Virus record (IMG/VR): IMGVR_UViG_3300033995_001128
Location: 1-28,297 of that record
Direction: 5' to 3' (one strand)
Source of the DNA: a virus
Lineage: Duplodnaviria > Caudoviricetes
DNA: 28,297 nt
Shown here: piece after piece, positions 7,607-14,940 of the stretch
How the letters are laid out: every line of letters starts with the position of its first letter
How positions within the stretch are numbered: position 1 is the first letter of the stretch
The notes under the pieces: model-generated
Seen by the model: only the letters and a program-made list of their open reading frames with translations
Database searches by the model: none
What the model was told of the DNA's origin: nothing
Made by a program: the position numbers and the translations under genes

Positions 7607-8276
7607 AATTTGGCCGCAAATAAATTTATTATCACAATTAGTTATTGATAAATTTAAACAATATTCTGTTGAAACACTTAAACCAGAATATGAAATTCAT
7701 GTCGATAATTTTTCATGGAAGAATTATATTTGGACATCTGATAAATTTAGACGAGCGCATATTGAGATAGTAGATGCCACCGCAACTAAAAAAATGTGGG
7801 TTATGCATATGTGTATATTTCCGCATTATGATTCGCCGGATCCAATTTTTGGATTCGATGTAGTCTGCGGACAAAATAAGATAACAGGGGCATTCCACGA
7901 CTTTTCCAAAATAGGAAAATCGAATCTATATGATTGGTATCAGAATAGAATGTCATCAGTACAATGGAGTAAACCAAGAGAACTTCCGGAATGGGCACAG
8001 AAGATTTTTAGTCCAAAAATGTTAGCTGCGGGTAATATTCATACTCAAGAAGAATATGATCAACTAGTAAATACTTTTATTGACAACCTAGATTATTACC
8101 TTTATAATATAGGTAATAGTGTAAAAGATGCAGATTTTATATCTATGCAAAATCGATATTGCAAAAATCAAAAGTTGAATCCTCATACCCCAGCAATGAT
8201 GGTAAATTTTGGAGTAGACAAACAAGTTTTTACAAATTTTATGGACGAAGTATTATTCCCGGAAACACATGGATAA
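7599..8276 (+). CDS. Ferredoxin-dependent bilin reductase, PcyX/PcyA-like
   Basis: ATG 7599 after AAGGA, overlapping the end of the heme oxygenase. FRRAHIE, MHMCIFP, PIFGFDVV.G..KITGAFHDFS, RELPEWA..IFS, QNRYC.NQK.NPHT. Confidence 0.9.
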   Translation: MIEIWPQINLLSQLVIDKFKQYSVETLKPEYEIHVDNFSWKNYIWTSDKFRRAHIEIVDATATKKMWVMHMCIFPHYDSPDPIFGFDVVCGQNKITGAFHDFSKIGKSNLYDWYQNRMSSVQWSKPRELPEWAQKIFSPKMLAAGNIHTQEEYDQLVNTFIDNLDYYLYNIGNSVKDADFISMQNRYCKNQKLNPHTPAMMVNFGVDKQVFTNFMDEVLFPETHG

Positions 8277-8535
8277 CGAAATAGAATACATTCTAACAGA
8301 TAGTTTAATTATAACCAAGAAATTTAGATCACCTAATGAATTTTCCCTGCATATTGAAGAGCGTGTGATTAGAGAAAAAATTGGATATATGGATGCTATT
8401 ATACAATATTGCGAAGAAGTAGATATTGAAATTGAATCCATATCAAAATTAATAAATCAGTCGCTTAAAGATAAAGTACAAAATGAAGCAGAGGAACAGA
8501 ATTATTTAAAACGTAGAGGAAAATTACCACTTTGA
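8269..8535 (+). CDS. T4 gp33-like late transcription coactivator
   Basis: FSLHIE..V......YMDAI..YCEE.DIE.E...KLI...LKDK...EA...NYLK...KLPL; 33-59-32 synteny. Confidence 0.88.
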   Translation: MDNEIEYILTDSLIITKKFRSPNEFSLHIEERVIREKIGYMDAIIQYCEEVDIEIESISKLINQSLKDKVQNEAEEQNYLKRRGKLPL

Positions 8536-9137
8536 TTATGGATGAATTCGCAGTATATAAAATGTACATAGCATTGAAGTTACACTTCACTACAGATAAT
8601 TATGACATAACTAAGAGAAATGGAAAAGTTAAAGCTAGTAGACAGGCATTTGCTAAAAGAAAAGATCTTTTCTCTATTAGAAAAATTTCCAAAACTTACA
8701 CAGATGAAGAAGTTGCAAATTTTTTAGTTTCAAATTTTGTATCCGGAGATCGCTGGGGAGGAATGTTTGATTCTGAAGCAGGTAAAACATACGTAGAATG
8801 GAAAGGTAAGATGGAAAGTCTTACCTATAATTTTACCAAAGAACTTGACGCAATTATACATGAATTAGAAGTAGGTGGCAATAAAATTGAAGATGCTTTT
8901 ATGATTACAAAAGCACAACATCCATATATATTGAAAGCATATCTGAGAAAATCAATATCTATTGAAACTTTAGTTATTCTAGATAAGGTGTTTCCTTATA
9001 TCGAAACATTTGACGATAAGCTTTCAGCGGACATTCTTTGGCCAGATGTATCGAGATTGGTCAAAAAATATAAACCATTTTTACGAATAGATAAAGACCG
9101 ATATCATGCAATATTCAGAGAAAGAGTTGGAACTTAA
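8532..9137 (+). CDS. T4 gp59-like helicase loader
   Basis: YKMYIALKLHFT...YD, F.KRKD, NFLVSNF, ISIETLVIL, KKYKPFL. Start may be ATG 8538. Confidence 0.9.
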   Translation: MIMDEFAVYKMYIALKLHFTTDNYDITKRNGKVKASRQAFAKRKDLFSIRKISKTYTDEEVANFLVSNFVSGDRWGGMFDSEAGKTYVEWKGKMESLTYNFTKELDAIIHELEVGGNKIEDAFMITKAQHPYILKAYLRKSISIETLVILDKVFPYIETFDDKLSADILWPDVSRLVKKYKPFLRIDKDRYHAIFRERVGT

Positions 9138-9348
9138 TCTCAGTTCTAAGAAGATACAAGATTTGGAAATAGAACTTCATTTAACAAAAGAACTACTTAC
9201 TACTTGTATTGAATCATTAAAAGATACTCAAAGGTATCTAATGAAAATGGCATACAATCAATCTGAAATAACTAAAAGGGTTGCATCGTGGCCTTATATT
9301 GTAGTATCCTCAACCGGCAACGATGGGGACGAGGATTCTAATTACTAA
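9106..9348 (+). CDS. Hypothetical coiled-coil protein
   Basis: Co-oriented ORF with heptad-like L/E/K pattern; start uncertain. Confidence 0.55.
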   Translation: MQYSEKELELNLSSKKIQDLEIELHLTKELLTTCIESLKDTQRYLMKMAYNQSEITKRVASWPYIVVSSTGNDGDEDSNY

Positions 9349-9369
9349 TACTAGGAGAGTATTTTTAAA

Positions 9370-9564
9370 ATGGCAAGCAAGAAACGAAACAATGATTTCG
9401 ACAGAGAGAAAAAAATTAAAAAAATTAAGGATAAAAATGTCCTTGACAAGCACAGAAAACTTATATATAATATAGCATCGGCTAAAGTAATGCAAAATGA
9501 TTACGAGGACGATGACGAATTAGATTATGCTTATGTGATAGATGCAAAAACTAAACGTCGTTAA
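9370..9564 (+). CDS. Small hypothetical protein, basic N-terminus and acidic C-terminus
   Basis: AGGAG RBS upstream; fills the gap before gp32. Confidence 0.6.
   Translation: MASKKRNNDFDREKKIKKIKDKNVLDKHRKLIYNIASAKVMQNDYEDDDELDYAYVIDAKTKRR
9443..9471 (+). promoter_or_regulatory. Consensus sigma70 promoter upstream of gp32
   Basis: TTGACA (9443-9448), 17 bp spacer, TATAAT (9466-9471): perfect consensus, inside ORF 9370-9564. Confidence 0.8.
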
Positions 9565-9600
9565 TACAACACATACACCGCAAATACGAAAGGAAGTACA

Positions 9601-10533
9601 ATGGCATTTAAATCTTTATCCGACTTACGCAAAAGTCGAGGTGGCTTCGATACCCTAATGAAGGAAGTCGAAAAAATCGCAAATCCCCAAACCGAATCAC
9701 GTGGTGCAGACGAGCGCTTCTGGCAACCAGAGGTAGACAAAGCTGGCAATGGCTACGCTGTTATTCGTTTCCTATCACCGCCTAAAGGTGAAGACCTCCC
9801 CTGGGTTCGTATTTGGAATCATGGATTCCAAGGACCAACCGGCAAATGGTACATTGAGAATTCATTGACCACTTTGGGTAAGGCCGATCCTATTTCAGAA
9901 CATAACACTGAACTATGGAATTCTGGGACAGAGGCAAATAAGGAAATTGCTCGTAAGCAAAAACGTAGACTATCCTATATTACAAATATTCTTGTAGTTA
10001 AAGATCCGGCGCATCCTGAAAACGAAGGTAAGGTTTATCTTTACAAATTTGGTAAGAAGATCTTTGACAAAATTAAAGACATCGCCGAACCACAGTTTGA
10101 GGATGAGAAACCTATTAATCCTTTTGATTTTTGGGAAGGTGCAAACTTTAAACTTAAGATTCGTAATGTAGAAGGGTATCGAAATTATGATAAATCAGAA
10201 TTCGATGGGCCAAGTGCAATTTCTGAAGATGATAGTAAAATTGAAGCTATCTGGGATGGACAACATTCGTTGTTAGAATTTTTAGATGAAAAGCATTTTA
10301 AATCATATGACGATCTAAAGAAAAAATTCAATATGGTGATGGGTTTGACTGGAGGGCTTGCTGCTACTAAGAGTGCAGAAGATACATTCCTTGATAACTA
10401 TCCCGTATCTGAATCTACAAACTCTCCGCCACCTGTGATGGAAAAGAAAGTAGAAAAAGCTCCAGCAAAGGAAGTAGACTTTGATGATGACGATGAGTCA
10501 CTATCATATTTTGCTAAATTAGCTGAAGATTAA
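9601..10533 (+). CDS. T4 gp32-like single-stranded DNA-binding protein
   Basis: DERFWQP..DKAGNGYAVIRFL, HGFQGPTGKWYIENSLTTLG, FGKKIFDKI, PFDFWEGANFKLKI, YRNYDKSEF, acidic tail. Confidence 0.97.
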   Translation: MAFKSLSDLRKSRGGFDTLMKEVEKIANPQTESRGADERFWQPEVDKAGNGYAVIRFLSPPKGEDLPWVRIWNHGFQGPTGKWYIENSLTTLGKADPISEHNTELWNSGTEANKEIARKQKRRLSYITNILVVKDPAHPENEGKVYLYKFGKKIFDKIKDIAEPQFEDEKPINPFDFWEGANFKLKIRNVEGYRNYDKSEFDGPSAISEDDSKIEAIWDGQHSLLEFLDEKHFKSYDDLKKKFNMVMGLTGGLAATKSAEDTFLDNYPVSESTNSPPPVMEKKVEKAPAKEVDFDDDDESLSYFAKLAED

Positions 10534-10561
10534 AAAAAGCCCCGAAAGGGGCTTTTATTTT
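10532..10561. terminator. Bidirectional rho-independent terminator
   Basis: AAAAAAAGCCCC-GAAA-GGGGCTTTTATTT between convergent genes, with A-tract and T-tract flanks. Confidence 0.9.
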
Positions 10562-10563
10562 GA

Positions 10564-12168
10564 CTATCGTTTACCCATTCCGTCAGTCCATATTCCCCAA
10601 GAGTCTCTTTTATCTCTTTTAGCACTTCCCGGGCTAAGGACAGAATTGGATCCTTGATTATTTCCCCCACCTACTACAGTGTTATTAGTTACAATATTTG
10701 TGGCGGCTTGCGCTTTTTCAACAGCATAATCCTTTATCTTAGCTCCTTCTTCTGTTATATCTTTAAGTGTTTGTACTATTGCTGTACCTAAGTATGGTGC
10801 TAAATTTATAGTATCCGTAGTTGGTGTACCAAAACTAATAGTTAATAAATTATTTAGCATGCCTTCAATTTTTGTAGGATCTAATGTGTCTTTTGCTATA
10901 TCAACTATATTCTCACCAATTTTTTCGAATCCTTCAAGAGCTTTCTTCATTGTTTCGTTGAAATCTTTAAAATAGTCCGTAGTTGTGTCTAATGCGTCAT
11001 CTAAAGTGGTCATTGCATCTTTATCTTTTGGGTCAGGTTCGGCTTTTGCTCCGCCGTGTCGCCAACCTTGTCCTGGTATATATATTGACCCCCTAGTTCT
11101 AGCAACAACCTGTTCATCAAGCTGTCGAAGTCGATTCCCTGTAGTGGGATCATATTTCCCACCGAATTGTTTATCCCATGCTGCAGCTGCCTCAGGATCG
11201 TCTGGCCTTTTGTCTGCCTGCATAACTCCGGTCCATACTTGCGGGCGACGATTTCTTTGGGCTTTGAGGCTGCCATCTTTATTCTTTTTATCCCACACGT
11301 CAGATGCATTTTCACCGCTAAAGAAGCGTTTTAATTTATTTAAAAACGATTCGTCTTTTACATACCCATCTGTTGGTTGTATTGGTTTACCGTCTGCATC
11401 AACGCCGGCTCCTTCAGTTTTTCCTTGTAGTTCTTTGTATGCCTTTACACCTATTAACGCAGCAATTATCGCAGCAATGCCAACGGGTGTTAATGCTAGA
11501 CGCAAAGCGCCAACAAATATACCAGGTAAACTTTTTCCAAATTTAGTAATTAACATTGCAGCGCCTGTCAATGCTGCACCAAATCCTACAACTAGAGATT
11601 TTAATACCCCGCCAATCCCCTTAGCTGCTGTAGAAATAATACCACCGGATCCTTCCGAAGAGTCAGATGGTCTTTCTGTTTCTCCCATTGCTTTTGCAAT
11701 TGCCGATGCTAGCAAAGATCTTTCTTGAGATTTTGCGCCGGGTTCAGATTGGCTTTTAATAAAAGCAATATCTTGAGCTTGACGCTGCGTAACTTCTTTT
11801 AATATTATTATTTCATTAATTAGCTGTTGTTGGTATCTAGATGGGCCTGTAATTTGGGTAACTATTTTTTTAAAGAACCCTGTATTGGTTTCATCTTTAG
11901 GTCCAAGCGGAGAACCTTTTAACCCCGTGGCTGCGCCTTTTGCTCCAAACATTTTAGCTAATGACGACATTCCTCCGTTGCCACCTAAGAATTGTTTTTG
12001 ATTAGTTGAGGCTCGTCTCAATTCTTCTAATTCTTTTCGTTGCTTCGTTATTGAATCGGTTAATCCCTTTAACACCGAACTTTGTCTGTTCAACAAAGAA
12101 GATTGAGATTTAGCGGCAGATAATAGTTCTTTATCTACAGAAGTTAATTGATTGGTTGGCAAAGCCAT
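10564..12168 (-). CDS. Putative tape measure / baseplate hub protein (gp29 positional analogue)
   Basis: 534 aa, helical and G/A-rich with coiled-coil segments, a central hydrophobic stretch and NIVTNNTVV near the C-terminus. Lies directly after gp26/gp51. Call rests on composition and position only. Confidence 0.55.
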   Translation of the reverse strand: MALPTNQLTSVDKELLSAAKSQSSLLNRQSSVLKGLTDSITKQRKELEELRRASTNQKQFLGGNGGMSSLAKMFGAKGAATGLKGSPLGPKDETNTGFFKKIVTQITGPSRYQQQLINEIIILKEVTQRQAQDIAFIKSQSEPGAKSQERSLLASAIAKAMGETERPSDSSEGSGGIISTAAKGIGGVLKSLVVGFGAALTGAAMLITKFGKSLPGIFVGALRLALTPVGIAAIIAALIGVKAYKELQGKTEGAGVDADGKPIQPTDGYVKDESFLNKLKRFFSGENASDVWDKKNKDGSLKAQRNRRPQVWTGVMQADKRPDDPEAAAAWDKQFGGKYDPTTGNRLRQLDEQVVARTRGSIYIPGQGWRHGGAKAEPDPKDKDAMTTLDDALDTTTDYFKDFNETMKKALEGFEKIGENIVDIAKDTLDPTKIEGMLNNLLTISFGTPTTDTINLAPYLGTAIVQTLKDITEEGAKIKDYAVEKAQAATNIVTNNTVVGGGNNQGSNSVLSPGSAKRDKRDSWGIWTDGMGKR

Positions 12169-12169
12169 T

Positions 12170-12307
12170 TTATGAATCCTTTATTGCTTTTTGTTTTAGT
12201 TTATCATTTTGTTCATCGATATATCTAATTAATAATGTAGTGTAAATTTCTCTTTCCCACGGTATCATATCTTCTATTTCAGACAGCGAATATTTGTGAT
12301 GCTGCAT
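12170..12307 (-). CDS. gp51-like baseplate hub assembly catalyst (short form; frame stays open upstream into the end of gp26)
   Basis: Read by hand: (LTLSHEGLLNYYQLNFSL)MQHHKYSLSEIEDMIPWEREIYTTLLIRYIDEQNDKLKQKAIKDS*. Characteristic YSL.EIE.MIPWER.IY motif; absent from the ORF track. Confidence 0.85.
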   Translation of the reverse strand: MQHHKYSLSEIEDMIPWEREIYTTLLIRYIDEQNDKLKQKAIKDS

Positions 12308-12357
12308 AAGTGAAAAATTCAACTGATAATAATTTAAAAGACCTTCATGAGAAAGAG

Positions 12358-13050
12358 TTAGGCGAAAAAATTTTGTAAACCCTCCAGATTTGTTTCATTT
12401 TTTGCGCCACAATTTGGGCAATCATGTTCAATATGCTGTACTACTTTTGGCATAGTTAAAAAGAATTGTTCTAAAATATCAAATTGCGCTTTAGAAAAAG
12501 AATTTACAAATTCTAACATTTCTTCTTTAGTATAATTATCATAATTTTCTTCTTCAGTGAATACCGACTTTATGCACATACATAATAATTCTACGACATT
12601 ATCGGATTTGAAATCTTTATAGATATTCATCAACTCATCGAATCTAGGATATCTCATCTCTAAACCAATTGTATCTGTAATAAAAAGCTTAGTTGAATGA
12701 TTAGGATTCTTTTTAACTTCCGCTTTAGTTAAATCTAATTCAAATTGAATTTTTGTGCTGCAACTAGTACATTCCAAAGTTAAATTTGTTTTTTCCCCGA
12801 TAGACTTTGCTCTTAAATTTAAAAAGATATATTCAATATCAAAACTAGGAATTTCGTTAATCTTTAATTTATTATAGGTGCAAACATCTACGAGATCTGT
12901 TATTACTCGTTGGATTTCTTCAGTATCGGAATCCAACGAAGTTAATAGAATCTTATATTCCTTTACTAAAAAAGGACGATATTTAATTTTTTGACCGGTT
13001 GACGGTAATATCAATTCATAACTGGGTGTTTCTAATTTAGGCAATGCCAT
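12358..13050 (-). CDS. T4 gp26-like baseplate hub subunit / assembly chaperone
   Basis: MALPKLETPSYELILPSTG.KIKYRPFLVKE, DIEYIFLNLRAKSIGE, two CxxC pairs, FFLTMPK, terminal EGLQNFF. GAGGA RBS. Confidence 0.92.
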   Translation of the reverse strand: MALPKLETPSYELILPSTGQKIKYRPFLVKEYKILLTSLDSDTEEIQRVITDLVDVCTYNKLKINEIPSFDIEYIFLNLRAKSIGEKTNLTLECTSCSTKIQFELDLTKAEVKKNPNHSTKLFITDTIGLEMRYPRFDELMNIYKDFKSDNVVELLCMCIKSVFTEEENYDNYTKEEMLEFVNSFSKAQFDILEQFFLTMPKVVQHIEHDCPNCGAKNETNLEGLQNFFA

Positions 13051-13087
13051 ATGTTATCCTCAAAAATGTTATTATAAAATCATTTAA

Positions 13088-13873
13088 TTATTCGATTGGT
13101 GCAGATTGAAATATTCTATATTCTTGTTCAGATACTCGTTGACCCTTTACCCAAAATGAATCTGTGCTATTTGGATCGAGGTCCGTTGAGCCCGAAGAAA
13201 ATCTGTATCTCTCTTCGATCTCCGGCGAAGGTACTGAAAATAATTGAACAACGGGATCGGGTTTCGGCGCGGCCACGCTTGGATTTTCTATTGAAGGATA
13301 AATGTAAGGATTAAGAAGATTCAGTTTATCAACCGCCCGATGCCGAGGCCACCATTTTCTATATGCAAAACTAACATTTAACCTATGGGAAGAATTTTGC
13401 GTACTACTATTTAAGTCTAACATGGAGACACTTCTAGGAAAAGCATCTTCTAATACTACCGCATAGGTTTCTTTATTATACTCATCTAATTGAGAAATGC
13501 GTATTGTTGTTGCATATGTACCTTGATAATGTACATAATATTCATTTGGATTAATAATTATATTCATCCATGCATCAAAAAATCCTTTAATATCCATTTC
13601 TCTATCTACAATAAACGACATTGAGATATTGTCTCCACCGTAATCAACACTCATTGGTCTTTGATATGCTGGTCCTTGTATTCTCTGCTGTTTTACATTT
13701 ATATTACGTACAGGTAAACTTGCACTGTCGCAAAATAAAGTTATTAATTGGGGATAATCTAACACCGTTTTTAATACGTTAGGTGGCGGTATTAAAACTT
13801 CAAACCTATTGGGTTTAGCTACACCCCTTGTTCTTATTTGCGTTTGAAAATTTGATATATTAAAATATGACAT
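13088..13873 (-). CDS. T4 gp54-like baseplate-tail tube initiator (tail-tube fold)
   Basis: G.AKPNRFEV.I, CDSASLP, F.VD..M....FFDAWMN.I, L.DAFP, L.VSFAYRKW. Confidence 0.78.
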   Translation of the reverse strand: MSYFNISNFQTQIRTRGVAKPNRFEVLIPPPNVLKTVLDYPQLITLFCDSASLPVRNINVKQQRIQGPAYQRPMSVDYGGDNISMSFIVDREMDIKGFFDAWMNIIINPNEYYVHYQGTYATTIRISQLDEYNKETYAVVLEDAFPRSVSMLDLNSSTQNSSHRLNVSFAYRKWWPRHRAVDKLNLLNPYIYPSIENPSVAAPKPDPVVQLFSVPSPEIEERYRFSSGSTDLDPNSTDSFWVKGQRVSEQEYRIFQSAPIE

Positions 13874-13876
13874 TTT

Positions 13877-14449
13877 TTATAATCCGTATTTTTTTGAATT
13901 GTCTTTCCATGCAGTTTGCTTTCTACCTTTTTTAAATTTCTCAACCGGTAGCATGGCTGCAGTTTTCCAATCATTAAAACCAATTCTTAAGAAACTACTT
14001 CTAACATGCGCACTTAGATAATGTTTTACGCATGAAGTTGCCCCTAAAAATCTAGAAGAGCTATTTAGTATTTGCCACGATAGTCGTATTCTAGTATCAT
14101 CTGTTATACTAGTATTAATTACTAATTTACTTAATTCCCCCAATAGGTTAAATCTTGCAATATGGGGTAAGTAATGTATATTAATACCTAAGAATCCATC
14201 GGGCAACATTCTAAAAGGTAATACTAATGGTGCCGCATCATAATATGGAAGTTTATCTTTGTACTTGGGGTCGTAAATAAAAAGATACATTTGCCCGGGT
14301 TGTACGCGATTTACTGTCTTTATACTTGTGGGCAATTGTGTACTTCCGCCGTTGCGAGAAAATCGATTAACTTCATTCTTGTACCATTGCTGAGCTTTTA
14401 TATCATCGCCCTCGCGAATAGTTACCGTTTTGAATACGTTTTCAGCCAT
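13877..14449 (-). CDS. T4 gp2-like DNA end protector
   Basis: PGQMYLFIYDPKYKDKLPYYD..PLV, GFLGINIHYLP...R, CVKHYL..HVRS, W..A.MLP. Confidence 0.92.
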   Translation of the reverse strand: MAENVFKTVTIREGDDIKAQQWYKNEVNRFSRNGGSTQLPTSIKTVNRVQPGQMYLFIYDPKYKDKLPYYDAAPLVLPFRMLPDGFLGINIHYLPHIARFNLLGELSKLVINTSITDDTRIRLSWQILNSSSRFLGATSCVKHYLSAHVRSSFLRIGFNDWKTAAMLPVEKFKKGRKQTAWKDNSKKYGL

Positions 14450-14897
14450 TAATTATTCCTAGATCTTTTTCGGTTAATATCATAAATTTCATATTTCTGT
14501 CCTGACAAAATTCAAATGCTGCTTTCCACTTAGCTTCATTTACCCCATATTGAAATACCTCATCTATAAATCGCTTTGTTTTTTTCTGCGGTATTGCAGG
14601 AGGTTTGGTAAATCTTTCTGGTTTTATTTCTATTAGATACTTTTGAGTAACATCATTTTTATTTCTAACTTTAATATAGAAATCTACAAAGTATCTGTGT
14701 ATCTTTTTATCAATCGGGGACACATATGGTACAATTACTGTCTCAGACCCCCATTCCTCTACACTAGGAGTCATATCGCACCATTTCATAAATCGAAGCT
14801 CCCATAAAGACCTATAAACAATGTTCGTAAAATCGCCCTTATATTTTTGGGGATTTTTCGGCTTAAACTTTCCTTTATAGGTTTTGGTGTATATCAT
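14442..14897 (-). CDS. T4 gp4-like head completion nuclease (TnsA-like endonuclease fold)
   Basis: YKGKFKPKNPQKYKGD..NIVYRSLWE..FM.WCD, HRYFVDFY, EIKP, NEAKWKAA, F.ILTE. Confidence 0.93.
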   Translation of the reverse strand: MIYTKTYKGKFKPKNPQKYKGDFTNIVYRSLWELRFMKWCDMTPSVEEWGSETVIVPYVSPIDKKIHRYFVDFYIKVRNKNDVTQKYLIEIKPERFTKPPAIPQKKTKRFIDEVFQYGVNEAKWKAAFEFCQDRNMKFMILTEKDLGIING

Positions 14898-14901
14898 TTG
14901 C

Positions 14902-14909
14902 TATAAATA
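14902..14909 (+). promoter_or_regulatory. T4-like late promoter for the gp48 operon
   Basis: Exact TATAAATA about 30 bp upstream of ATG 14941. Confidence 0.75.
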
Positions 14910-14923
14910 TATAATTGTAACAA

Positions 14924-14931
14924 TATTTATA
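14924..14931 (-). promoter_or_regulatory. T4-like late promoter for the gp4 operon
   Basis: TATTTATA on + is an exact TATAAATA on -, about 26 bp upstream of gp4 ATG 14897. Confidence 0.75.
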
Positions 14932-14940
14932 AAAAAAAAT

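Noticed and set aside
10985-11728. 247-aa + strand ORF antisense to the tape-measure-like gene
   Set aside because: Shadow ORF: S/P/A-rich mirror of the sense codons, no RBS, and downstream of a terminator.
14442-14897. TnsA-like endonuclease as a Tn7-type transposon or homing endonuclease
   Set aside because: It is the conserved gp4 head completion protein in normal synteny with gp2.
14884-14940. Track N-terminal extension of gp48
   Set aside because: Overlaps the gp4 start and both late promoters; ATG 14941 is the plausible start.
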